Below are positions 1 through 7,718 of a stretch of DNA of 37,183 nucleotides, piece after piece; positions within the stretch are counted from its first letter, which is position 1, and each line of letters starts with the position of its first letter. Position numbers and translations under genes: made by a program. Where the stretch lies: the IMG/VR virus record IMGVR_UViG_3300012942_000086, positions 1 to 37,183 of that record. One strand, written 5' to 3'. The DNA comes from a virus (taxonomy: Duplodnaviria > Caudoviricetes). Under the pieces are notes generated by a model, which worked only from the letters and a program-made list of their open reading frames with translations, searched no databases and was not told the DNA's origin.

Positions 1-123
1 CCGCCGCAGCGACGGCGGCCGGGCCGGTCACGCTGCACATCAACCTCGGCGGCCAGAAGATCGCCGAGGTCGTCCTCGACCCGCTGCGGAAGGCCATCGC
101 GACCCGCGGCGGCAACGTCCAAG
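1..123 (+). repeat. 123-bp terminal direct repeat (circular assembly overlap), left copy
   Basis: 1-123 is identical to 37061-37183 and lies inside the tape measure gene. Confidence 0.97.
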
Positions 124-140
124 CCGTACTCGGCCGATAG
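3..140 (+). CDS. C-terminal end of tape measure protein (...LHINLGGQKIAEVVLDPLRKAIATRGGNVQAVLGR*)
   Basis: Frame 3 has high-GC3 codons and ends TAG at 138-140, just before the SD (GAGGAG) of the next gene. Confidence 0.75.
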   Translation, partial: AAATAAGPVTLHINLGGQKIAEVVLDPLRKAIATRGGNVQAVLGR

Positions 141-153
141 AGAGGAGACCGGC

Positions 154-3100
154 GTGGGACTGCTCCCTGTCACCGTCGAACTCCAGCTCGGCGGCGTGTG
201 GACCGACGTGACCCAGTGGGTGTACCGACGCGACGACATCCGGATCACGCGCGGCCGGTCGGACTGGGGAACCGAGCCCGACCCCGGGCAATGCACCCTG
301 ACGCTCGACAACCGCGACGGCCGGTTCAGCCCGCGCAACCCGGCGGGCGCCTGGTACGGGCAGCTCGGCCGCAACACCCCGATGCGCGTCTCGGTGACGG
401 CGGGCTCGCCGCGGCTGTACGGCGGCACCGCGACCGCCGCCCGGCCCGCCTCGTGGACCGTCGCGACCGGCCTGGACGTGCGCGTCGACCTCGACACCAG
501 CGTCCTCTACGCCCCCACCGCTGTGATCGCGCAGCAGTCGGCCAGCAGCACCACCGACTACGGGTGGTCCCTGGACGTCTCCGCCGGCATCATCTGGTTC
601 CGGTGGACCTCCGACGGCACCCCCGCGACCGCGCACTACGTAGGCGCCTACCTGCCGTCCGACCTGCCGTCGCGGTGCGCGATCCGCGTCGTAGCGGTCC
701 CCAGCAGCTCCGGCACCACGGCCACCATCTCGTGGGCCACCTCGGTCGACTCCGACGCCTGGACGTCGATCCCGACTGGGACCTCTACCGCTACGTCCAT
801 CCACGCGTCGGCCGGCCCGATCGCCGTGGGCACGGCGGGCGGCACGCTAGCGGCGCGCCGCATCCAGCTCCTCACCCCCAGCGGCACCGTGCTCCTCGAC
901 GAGGACTTCACCGCGGTGCCGGCGGGGGCGACGGCGTGGACGGGGACGGGCGGCATCGCGTGGACCGCGGACCCGGGCGCGATCACGGCGCGCCGGGTGC
1001 GGTTCGTCGGCGAGGTGTCGGAGTGGCCGTCGAGCTGGGACGCCTCGGGCACCGACGTCTACGCCACCGTCACCGCCTACGGGCGCAAGCGCAGGATGCA
1101 GCGTGCGGGGGCGCCGCTGGAGTCAGCGGTGCGCCGGGACCTGACCAGCTCCGGCCGCACGGACATCTTGGCGTATTGGCCGCTGGAGGATTCCGCGGGC
1201 TCGACCTCGGCGGCGTCGGCGCTGCCGGGCGGACAGCCGATGCAGGTGATCCACCCGGGGATCACGTGGGCGGCGACTACGGGCATCCCGGGATCGGGGC
1301 CGCTGCCGACGATGGGCACCGGCACCCTGCGCGGCAGCGTGCCGTCCGCGGCCCCGGGAGTCTTCGCGATCCGCGTGGTCGCCGAGATCCCCAGCACCGG
1401 CGTGCCCTCGTTGCAGCAGCTCATCCGCCTGGACTGCGGCGGCTCCCTCCCCAGGTGGGAGCTGAACATCGGCCCGAGCGGGACGCTCCAGCTGGTGGCC
1501 TACGACCAGACGACGACGCGTGTCCTCGACACGGGCGCCGAGTCCTTCCCGATGCTGGTCGGCGGCGGCCGGTTCGTGATCGGCGTGGATCTCCAGGTGA
1601 CGGCGCCCTCGGCGACGTCGTATCGGGTCTACACGATCGCGCTGGCGGATGCCGCCACGGTGAGCACGCCGCTGGATCTGTGGCAGTATCCGGCGCCGGG
1701 GACCACGATGACGGCGCCCGGTGCCGTGCACGGGCCGGGGACGATCACGATCGGCGGCGGTCAGGGACTCGGCGATCAGGTCACCCTCGGCCATGTGTCG
1801 GTGGCGGACTCGACCAGCGCCTACTCCAACACGGGGACGGCGCTGCTCGGGTGGCTGGGCGAGGCCGCGACCGCGCGGGTCCGTCGGGTGGCCGCCGAGA
1901 ACGCGCTGCCGGTGTGGGTGCGGGGCGCGGATGCGGACTCGCAGCCGGTGGGTGTGCAGGCCGTCGACACCGCGCTGACCGTCCTCACGGACGCCGCGGA
2001 GGCCGATGGCGGTGTGCTCGGCGAGGTCCGCGACGCCCTCGCGACCTCGTACCGGTCGCGGGCGACGCTGTACAACCAGCAGCCGGCCGTGACGCTGGAC
2101 TACGGCACGCCGGGTCTGGTGCCGCCGCTCCAGCCGACCGACGATGACCAGCACATCGCCAACGATGTGACGGTGACCCGCACGAACGGGTCGAGCGCGG
2201 TCGCGGTGCTCGCCGACGGCTCGCCGATGAGCGTCGCGGACCCGCCGGTCGGCGTCGGCGACTACCCACAGTCCGTCAGCCTGCTCCTCGCGACGGACGA
2301 TCAGGCGGCGACCGCCGCCGGGTGGCTCCTGCACCTGGGCACGGTGGACGAGGCCCGCTGGCCGCAGGTCACGGTGGACATGGAGCGTGTCGCCGATGTG
2401 GAGGCCGCCGCGGCGGTCGACATCTGGGACGCGCTGCGGCTGTCCGGGCTGCCGGCGTGGGAGGGCGTCACCACGGCCGATCTCGTCGTGGAGGGCTACT
2501 CGGAGACGCTGCCGGGCTACGGGCACTGGACGGTCACGTACAACTGCACGCCGGGCAGCGTGTGGCGGGTGGCTGAGGTGGGGGATGCGGAGTTGGCGCG
2601 CGCGGATGTGGAGGGCTCGACGCTCGCCGCGGCGGCGTCCGCGTCGGCGACGACGTTGAGCGTGGCGTGCTCGGGCGCCCTGTGGGCCACCAGCGCCAAG
2701 CGCCTCACGCCGAACCCGGATTTCGAGCTCGGGCTGACGGGCTGGACCGGCGTGGGCGGCACGCTGACGCGGGTGCCGACGCCGGAGGGCGCCCCGTTCT
2801 CTGGGGACTGGTCGGCGCAGCTGGTCAGCGACGGCTCGTCGGGGTCGCCGCACATCGAGTCGGCTCAGGTGGCGGTGACGCCGGGCGGGACGGTGATCGC
2901 GCATGCCGCGATGCTCACGGCGGGCTCGGCCGGCCTCGGAGTGAACTGGTTCAACGCCTCCGGGGGGTACCTGTCGACGACGTCGATCGCGGTTCCGGGC
3001 GCGCCGGGCTGGCAGGAGGTCACGGCGACCGTCACCGTGCCCAGCACGGCGCACTTCGCCACGATCAACCCGACGTTGGGCATCACGTCGGCCGGGTCGA

Positions 3101-3321
3101 CGCTGGTCGCGGACGTCGCCTACCTCGCGAGCGCGGCGGACAGCGCGGCCGACTTCCCCTTCGACCTGGCGGTCGCGGGCGAGGTGGTGCGGGTGACCGG
3201 CTGCACGGGCACCAGCTCGCCGCAGTCCCTCACCGTCATCCGCGCCATCAACGGCGTGAGCAAGCCGCTCCCGGCTGGCGCCTCGGTGGCGCTGGCGCAG
3301 CCCGCGATCGTCGCCATCTGA
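154..3321 (+). CDS. Minor tail/baseplate protein with LamG-like region and C-terminal carbohydrate-binding (CBM4/9-like) domain
   Basis: 1055 aa, follows the TMP. N-terminal VELQLGGVWTDVT..ITRGR..LTLDNRDGRFSP, internal LAYWPLED, and LTPNPDFELGLTGW CBM-like motif. Confidence 0.8.
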   Translation: MGLLPVTVELQLGGVWTDVTQWVYRRDDIRITRGRSDWGTEPDPGQCTLTLDNRDGRFSPRNPAGAWYGQLGRNTPMRVSVTAGSPRLYGGTATAARPASWTVATGLDVRVDLDTSVLYAPTAVIAQQSASSTTDYGWSLDVSAGIIWFRWTSDGTPATAHYVGAYLPSDLPSRCAIRVVAVPSSSGTTATISWATSVDSDAWTSIPTGTSTATSIHASAGPIAVGTAGGTLAARRIQLLTPSGTVLLDEDFTAVPAGATAWTGTGGIAWTADPGAITARRVRFVGEVSEWPSSWDASGTDVYATVTAYGRKRRMQRAGAPLESAVRRDLTSSGRTDILAYWPLEDSAGSTSAASALPGGQPMQVIHPGITWAATTGIPGSGPLPTMGTGTLRGSVPSAAPGVFAIRVVAEIPSTGVPSLQQLIRLDCGGSLPRWELNIGPSGTLQLVAYDQTTTRVLDTGAESFPMLVGGGRFVIGVDLQVTAPSATSYRVYTIALADAATVSTPLDLWQYPAPGTTMTAPGAVHGPGTITIGGGQGLGDQVTLGHVSVADSTSAYSNTGTALLGWLGEAATARVRRVAAENALPVWVRGADADSQPVGVQAVDTALTVLTDAAEADGGVLGEVRDALATSYRSRATLYNQQPAVTLDYGTPGLVPPLQPTDDDQHIANDVTVTRTNGSSAVAVLADGSPMSVADPPVGVGDYPQSVSLLLATDDQAATAAGWLLHLGTVDEARWPQVTVDMERVADVEAAAAVDIWDALRLSGLPAWEGVTTADLVVEGYSETLPGYGHWTVTYNCTPGSVWRVAEVGDAELARADVEGSTLAAAASASATTLSVACSGALWATSAKRLTPNPDFELGLTGWTGVGGTLTRVPTPEGAPFSGDWSAQLVSDGSSGSPHIESAQVAVTPGGTVIAHAAMLTAGSAGLGVNWFNASGGYLSTTSIAVPGAPGWQEVTATVTVPSTAHFATINPTLGITSAGSTLVADVAYLASAADSAADFPFDLAVAGEVVRVTGCTGTSSPQSLTVIRAINGVSKPLPAGASVALAQPAIVAI

Positions 3322-3334
3322 CCGAGGAGGACAT

Positions 3335-3874
3335 GTGTCCGGACTGGCGCTCCCCGCCGAGCTGACGTGGGCGGGCGGTAATCGGATTACCGCCGACAAG
3401 CTGAATGCGAATTTGCGGGATGCCGTCAATTTCCTGCTGAATCCGCCCAGGTTCATAGCGCGGTCGAATACGGGAACCAGCATTAACAGCGGCGGTAATT
3501 CCCCGTATACGACTGTCCCTCTGGAAACCATCGCCCTGGACCCGTATGGCGGCTGGAATTCGTCCACGAGCGCGTGGACGGTTCCGGTCGCCGGGTGGTA
3601 CGAGGTCAAGGGATTCGTGAATTACGCGGCCAACTCGGCCGGGTCCCGGGCCGTCGCATTCAGCCTGAATACCGCCGGCTCGACGATGACCGGCTCGGAG
3701 ACGTGGAACTCGGGCGGCCCTGGCCTGGTGTCCGTGAGGTCGACTACGTGTGTCCAGCTCAACGCTGGTGACACGATCTGGATGTGGACCTACCAGAACA
3801 GCGGGAGCGCCCTCGCGCTGAACTCCACCGGCGGAGTAACAGCCACTTTCTCCGCTCGATTCGACCACGCCTAA
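3335..3874 (+). CDS. Tail fibre/receptor-binding protein with C1q/TNF-like beta-sandwich
   Basis: N-terminal TWAGGNRITADKLNANLRD tail motif; DPYGGWNSSTSAWTVPVAGWYEV is C1q-like. SD GAGGAGG. Visibly lower GC. Confidence 0.65.
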   Translation: MSGLALPAELTWAGGNRITADKLNANLRDAVNFLLNPPRFIARSNTGTSINSGGNSPYTTVPLETIALDPYGGWNSSTSAWTVPVAGWYEVKGFVNYAANSAGSRAVAFSLNTAGSTMTGSETWNSGGPGLVSVRSTTCVQLNAGDTIWMWTYQNSGSALALNSTGGVTATFSARFDHA

Positions 3875-3883
3875 AGGGGAATC

Positions 3884-4126
3884 GTGGCAAATACCTCTAC
3901 TGACACCGTCTATCAGCTCCTCGTGCAGCTCCCGAACGGAATGACTCAGTGGTCGGGCTCTCTCGATGGCGGGGATGGGATAGACGACGCCCTCGCCGTG
4001 GAAATCCTCACCGCGCTCAAGGGCTGTGCGTGGCCGGATGGCACCGAGATCACGATCACCAAACAGGTGATCTCCTACGACTCGACCCTTGCGAGCGTGA
4101 GCACCGACCCCATCGCATTCCAGTAG
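3884..4126 (+). CDS. Hypothetical tail-associated protein (80 aa)
   Basis: ORF with SD AAGGGG, co-oriented, same lower-GC segment. Confidence 0.65.
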   Translation: MANTSTDTVYQLLVQLPNGMTQWSGSLDGGDGIDDALAVEILTALKGCAWPDGTEITITKQVISYDSTLASVSTDPIAFQ

Positions 4127-4143
4127 CCGCGCCCGCTCGCCCC

Positions 4144-4173
4144 GCCCCCGTGCCGTCCGGCCGGGGGCTTCTT
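4144..4173 (+). terminator. Putative intrinsic terminator
   Basis: GCCCCCG...CGGGGGC stem followed by TTCTT. Confidence 0.5.
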
Positions 4174-4191
4174 CATGCCCTGGAGGCACCC

Positions 4192-4884
4192 GTGCAGTTC
4201 CGCCGCTTCACCGAGCGCCCCGACAACCCCTACCGCCTCGGCCGGCACCAGGTGCACGACGCGCTCCCCGCGCACCTGGCCGCGGTCGAGGATCTGTTCT
4301 CGCCGATCCGCTCCGCCTCGCACGCGGAGGCTCAGCCGTGCTTCGACCAGGGCCAGATCGGCTCCTGCACCGCCAACGCGGCGCTCGGCACCCTGGTAAC
4401 GGAGCCGTTCGCGGTCGCCGGCCGGACGTTCACCGAGGCCGACGCGGTCGCGCTCTACACGCTGGAGACCCAGCTCGACGACTCGCAGATCCCCGGGCAG
4501 TACCCGCCGGACGACACCGGCAGCTCCGGGGCGTGGTCGATGCAGGCACTCCAGCGCAAGGGCCTGATCAGGAGCTACCGGCACACCACCTCGGTGCACA
4601 CGGCGCTGCGCATGCTCGCCCGCGGCCCGATCAGCATCGGCGTCCCGTGGTACCAGTCGATGTTCCAGGTCGGCCCGGACAACCGCATCGTGGTCAACCC
4701 CGCCTCGGGCCTCGCGGGCGGCCATCAGGTGTGCGTGGTGGCGGTCGACGCCGAGGCGCAGACCGTCCGCATCCGGAACTCCTGGGGGACCGGTTGGGCC
4801 GACCAGGGACACGCGCTCCTCTCCTGGGCCGACCTGGAGACCCTGTTCGCGCAGGGCGGCGACGCCGTCCAGCCGGAGGTGTGA
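4192..4884 (+). CDS. Papain-like (C1A) cysteine peptidase
   Basis: DQGQIGSCTANA (Gln oxyanion, catalytic Cys), GGHQV (His), IRNSWGTGW (Asn). GTG at 4192 after GGAGG. Confidence 0.85.
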   Translation: MQFRRFTERPDNPYRLGRHQVHDALPAHLAAVEDLFSPIRSASHAEAQPCFDQGQIGSCTANAALGTLVTEPFAVAGRTFTEADAVALYTLETQLDDSQIPGQYPPDDTGSSGAWSMQALQRKGLIRSYRHTTSVHTALRMLARGPISIGVPWYQSMFQVGPDNRIVVNPASGLAGGHQVCVVAVDAEAQTVRIRNSWGTGWADQGHALLSWADLETLFAQGGDAVQPEV

Positions 4885-4886
4885 CC

Positions 4887-5672
4887 GTGGCCCGGACGAT
4901 GTACGACTCCGTCAACGTCGCTGGCATCCCCGCCTCGGCGGCGATGGTCGCCGGGTACGTGGACGGCAACTACGCCAACATCCCCGCGCTCCGGGCCCGC
5001 TTCCCGCACGCGACGGTCGTCGAAATCGCCATCGCGCACACCACCCGCGCCCAGGTGCTCGACGTCGAGACCGGCGACGCCACGCCCGCGGGGGCGGTGC
5101 TGTGGTGCACGCAGACGATGGCCGACACCCCCAACACCGAGCTGACCGTGTACTGCAACAGCTCGACGTGGCCGGCCGTCCGTGCCGCCTTCGCCGCGGC
5201 GGGCGTCTCCGAGCCGCAGTACTGGATCGCCGACTACGACCACTCGGCCGTGATCCCGGCCGGCGCGGTCGCCAAGCAGTACACGAACACCGCCAGCTAC
5301 GACATCTCGGTCGTGGCGGATCACTGGCCGGGCGTCGACCCGGACCCGACCCCGGAGGCCGACGTGCCGCTGACCCCTGCCGACGCCCGGACCGTGTGGG
5401 CGTACAAGAACACCGCCTCGAAGACGCCGGACACGGAGGACATGCATCAGGTCCTCCTCGACGCGCGGGCGCAGGCGACCGCCGCCGTGGCGGGCGTGAA
5501 GGCGCTCACGGCGCAGCTCACGGCCGCGCAGGCGGCGATCGCCACGCTGGCCGGGAAGCTCGGCGCCGAGGTCGACACGGACACCGTCGTCGCCGCGGTT
5601 GAGAAGGCCATCGCCGACGCGCTCGCCGCGGACGTCGTGCACGTCGAGGTCTCCGGCCCGTCCGGCTCCTGA
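4887..5672 (+). CDS. Endolysin, GH25-like muramidase with C-terminal extension
   Basis: MYDS...AGYVDG...VLDVETGD...TVYCN...YWIADYD...AKQY...YDIS motifs. SD GGAGG. Upstream of the holin. Confidence 0.75.
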   Translation: MARTMYDSVNVAGIPASAAMVAGYVDGNYANIPALRARFPHATVVEIAIAHTTRAQVLDVETGDATPAGAVLWCTQTMADTPNTELTVYCNSSTWPAVRAAFAAAGVSEPQYWIADYDHSAVIPAGAVAKQYTNTASYDISVVADHWPGVDPDPTPEADVPLTPADARTVWAYKNTASKTPDTEDMHQVLLDARAQATAAVAGVKALTAQLTAAQAAIATLAGKLGAEVDTDTVVAAVEKAIADALAADVVHVEVSGPSGS

Positions 5673-5702
5673 CCACCCACCCTCTACCGGCCGGAGGCCA
5701 TC

Positions 5703-5915
5703 GTGACCCTGAACCTGAGAGCCCTCAAGGCGTGGCTGACCAGCGACAATGCGCGGCGGGCGTACTGGACGCTGGCGCAGGCTGCCGTGGGCTACGGCAT
5801 CACCGTCGTGTCCGGGATCGACGCGGTGTGGTCGGCGCCGATCGCCGCCGTTCTGAGCGCGGCGAAGAGCTGGATCGGGCAGCGCATCGCCGCGGCGAAG
5901 GCACTGCGCCGGTGA
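5703..5915 (+). CDS. Holin
   Basis: 70 aa with two hydrophobic segments, RAYWTLAQA motif and basic C-terminus; follows the endolysin. Confidence 0.75.
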   Translation: MTLNLRALKAWLTSDNARRAYWTLAQAAVGYGITVVSGIDAVWSAPIAAVLSAAKSWIGQRIAAAKALRR

Positions 5916-6226
5916 CGCCGCCGGAGTCAACGCAGGTGTCCCTCGCGGTGCAACTCACCGAGCTGAGGGGGGATTTCCGCACGGGCCTCGCGGACATCAA
6001 GGGCTCGCTCCAGGTGCTCGTGGAGCGCTCGGAGCGGCAGGCGACCGACATCGATCGGGAGCGCGCGGAGCGGGAGGCGGGTGACCGCATGCTCGGCGAG
6101 CGCCTCGACGAGATCGAGCGGGAGCAGCATCGGCAGCAGCGCACGCGGTGGCAGGCGCCGGGTCTGGCGTCGGTGGCGGCTGTGGCCGGCGGCGCCGCCG
6201 CGCTGTGGGATGCCCTCCGGCACTGA
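5912..6226 (+). CDS. Lysis-cassette membrane protein (coiled coil plus C-terminal hydrophobic helix)
   Basis: GTGA overlap with the holin stop; typical actinophage lysis-cassette architecture. Confidence 0.65.
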   Translation: MTPPESTQVSLAVQLTELRGDFRTGLADIKGSLQVLVERSERQATDIDRERAEREAGDRMLGERLDEIEREQHRQQRTRWQAPGLASVAAVAGGAAALWDALRH

Positions 6227-6234
6227 TCGAACTA

Positions 6235-6277
6235 CGCCCCCGTCTGGCCGCGAGTGCGGCTGGGCGGGGGCGCTTTC
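6235..6277 (+). terminator. Intrinsic terminator between convergent genes
   Basis: About 17-bp stem (with G-U pairs), GAGT loop, followed by CTTTC. Confidence 0.7.
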
Positions 6278-6290
6278 GTCGTCTCCGGGG

Positions 6291-6635
6291 TCAGGAGCGG
6301 AGGCAGACGTGGAGGATCTTGTGGCCGACGCAGCTCCCGACGGTGACGTGGTGGTGGCTGCTTCCGCCGCCGGTGGTGGTGGCGGGGGCGGTGTCGGCGG
6401 GGTCGGGCGTATCAGTGTCGGATGGGGCGGGGGTCTCGGGCGTGGCCGAGCTGGGCACGGGCTGCGCCGGGGTGCTGCTCACGGTCGCGGCCGGCGTCGC
6501 CGAGCTGGGCGGGGTGACGTGGGCGCCGATGATGCCGCACACGATCAGGAAGCCGATCACGGCCCCGAGGATGATCATGGGGCGCATGTTGGGGCGTGGC
6601 GCGGTGGTGGGCGGTTGGTAGGGCTGGCGCGGCAT
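6291..6635 (-). CDS. Membrane-anchored Pro/Thr-rich hypothetical protein (moron)
   Basis: TM segment IILGAVIGFLIVCGIIG; SD GAGGGGGA; C-terminal Cys pair. Confidence 0.65.
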   Translation of the reverse strand: MPRQPYQPPTTAPRPNMRPMIILGAVIGFLIVCGIIGAHVTPPSSATPAATVSSTPAQPVPSSATPETPAPSDTDTPDPADTAPATTTGGGSSHHHVTVGSCVGHKILHVCLRS

Positions 6636-6754
6636 CGGGTCCCCCTCGGTGGTGTCGGGCTGACGGTACGCCAGGTGCGCGCCGTGGTGGTGCTGGGGTG
6701 CGGGGGCTGTGACGGTCCTGTGACAGACCCGGGCCCCGCGGGTACGGTACGGGA

Positions 6755-6787
6755 GCGGCCCCCGCCACTTGCTCTGGCGGGGGCCGC
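6755..6787 (-). terminator. Hairpin terminator after the 184-aa ORF
   Basis: Perfect 13-bp stem GCGGCCCCCGCCA / TGGCGGGGGCCGC with a 7-nt loop. Confidence 0.7.
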
Positions 6788-6803
6788 GCTGCGCCGCGCT
6801 ACA

Positions 6804-7358
6804 TCAGTCGAGCATCCGCCGGCGCGCCGCGGCCGCCAGCTCGGACTCCTCGCCCGCGCGGATCTCCGGGTGCTCCGCGTCGAACTCGGCGAGGGCCTGG
6901 CGGGCGGCGGCCTCGCGGGCCGCGTACTCGGCCTCCTCGCCCTGGTGCCAGCGCTGCGGCACCCCGTCCTCGTAGGCGCGGGCTTTCGCGTCGGCCGCGC
7001 CCTCCAGCACCGCGGCGACGGCCTCCGCCAGGCCCCGGCGCTGCGACCCGAGCCGGATCACCTGCGCCTCCGGATTCGCCGCCCGCACGCGCTCGATGGC
7101 GGCCGCCACGGCGGCCGCGTGCTCCGCGGTGAGGACGACCTGGCCGATGTGGTGCGTGCGGTCCGGGAGGTCCACGCCGGCGCGGACCATCCGGGCGCGG
7201 TAGAAGTCGTCGATCTCGGCGAGGACCTTGTCGCGGGTGACGACCTCGCCAGCGCGGCGGACCTCGAGGCGCACCCCGTACCCGCTCAGTTGGGGCTTCA
7301 CGGTGACGGTGATGTCGCCGCTGTCCAGGGGGATGGTGACGGTCTCGGTGGTGCTCAT
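6804..7358 (-). CDS. Hypothetical protein, 184 aa (candidate anti-CRISPR/anti-defence protein)
   Basis: SD AGGAG, good codon usage, has its own operator-bearing promoter. Function inferred from context only. Confidence 0.75.
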   Translation of the reverse strand: MSTTETVTIPLDSGDITVTVKPQLSGYGVRLEVRRAGEVVTRDKVLAEIDDFYRARMVRAGVDLPDRTHHIGQVVLTAEHAAAVAAAIERVRAANPEAQVIRLGSQRRGLAEAVAAVLEGAADAKARAYEDGVPQRWHQGEEAEYAAREAAARQALAEFDAEHPEIRAGEESELAAAARRRMLD

Positions 7359-7406
7359 GGTGTGCTCCTGGGGTGTGGGGCCGGCGGTGTGCTGTCCCGA
7401 TGGCAG

Positions 7407-7438
7407 TAACTTTGCCGCACGTGCGGCAAAGTGTCAAG
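7407..7438 (-). promoter_or_regulatory. Sigma70-type promoter with 24-bp perfect palindromic operator, copy 1
   Basis: Minus strand TTGACA (7437-7432), 17 nt, CAAAGT. Palindrome ACTTTGCCGCACGTGCGGCAAAGT at 7409-7432. 31/32 identical to 8324-8355. Confidence 0.85.
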
Positions 7439-7471
7439 GGGATTCGGCGAGTCGACTTCGGCGGGGAAAAC

Positions 7472-7501
7472 GGAACGGCCGCCCCGGAGGACGGCCGTTC
7501 C
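7472..7501 (-). terminator. Hairpin followed by GTTTT, ending the repeat cassette; its core resembles a type I-C repeat stem
   Basis: GGAACGGCCG-N10-CGGCCGTTCC then GTTTT on the minus strand. Confidence 0.65.
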
Positions 7502-7648
7502 CACACCCTGCATCGGCAGGGACTACCTGCATGTCCGCGATCGGGACCGGGCCCGAGCCGGAACACCCCCACAGCGGCGGGGAGATCGTGCGCGCGTGGG
7601 ACCTGGATCGGGCCTACGCCGGTACACCCCCGCGACGGCGGGGAATCC
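7498..7648 (-). CRISPR. Degenerate type I-E-like mini-array: 3 repeats, 2 spacers, no cas genes
   Basis: Minus-strand repeats GGATTCCCCGCCGTCGCGGGGGTGTACCG (7648-7620), GATCTCCCCGCCGCTGTGGGGGTGTTCCG (7587-7559) and GTAGTCCCTGCCGATGCAGGGTGTGGGAA (7526-7498). Both spacers are exactly 32 nt (7588-7619, 7527-7558). Confidence 0.85.
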
Positions 7649-7710
7649 CCGCGGGCGCGGGGAGCATGCGGTGCTCCATCTGGAGCCATCCCCGCGGGCG
7701 CGGGGAGCAG
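7639..7710 (-). CRISPR. Two type I-E repeats of a second sequence family, separated by a 14-nt pseudo-spacer
   Basis: CTGCTCCCCGCGCCCGCGGGGATGGCTCC (7710-7682) and ATGCTCCCCGCGCCCGCGGGGATTCCCCG (7667-7639). They resemble Streptomyces I-E repeats as I recall them. Confidence 0.85.
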
Positions 7711-7718
7711 TGGTACGG

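Noticed and set aside
1-123. Terminal repeat as a biological phage end (DTR)
   Set aside because: It falls inside the tape measure gene, far from the terminase region; an assembler circular overlap explains it better.
1123-3609. Long antisense and alternative-frame ORFs (also 29190-31418, 15576-17342, 198-2147)
   Set aside because: Arg/Pro/Gly-rich shadow ORFs caused by stop-codon scarcity in high-GC DNA, overlapping well-supported genes.
154-4126. Diversity-generating retroelement or invertible tail-fibre switch
   Set aside because: No reverse transcriptase, no TR/VR pair and no invertase or flanking inverted repeats seen.
7391-7406. Partial match of spacer 7527-7558 (GTCCCGAT) to the leader of the 184-aa gene, suggesting self-regulation
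   Set aside because: Only about 10/12 nt, outside the seed, and expected by chance in high-GC DNA.
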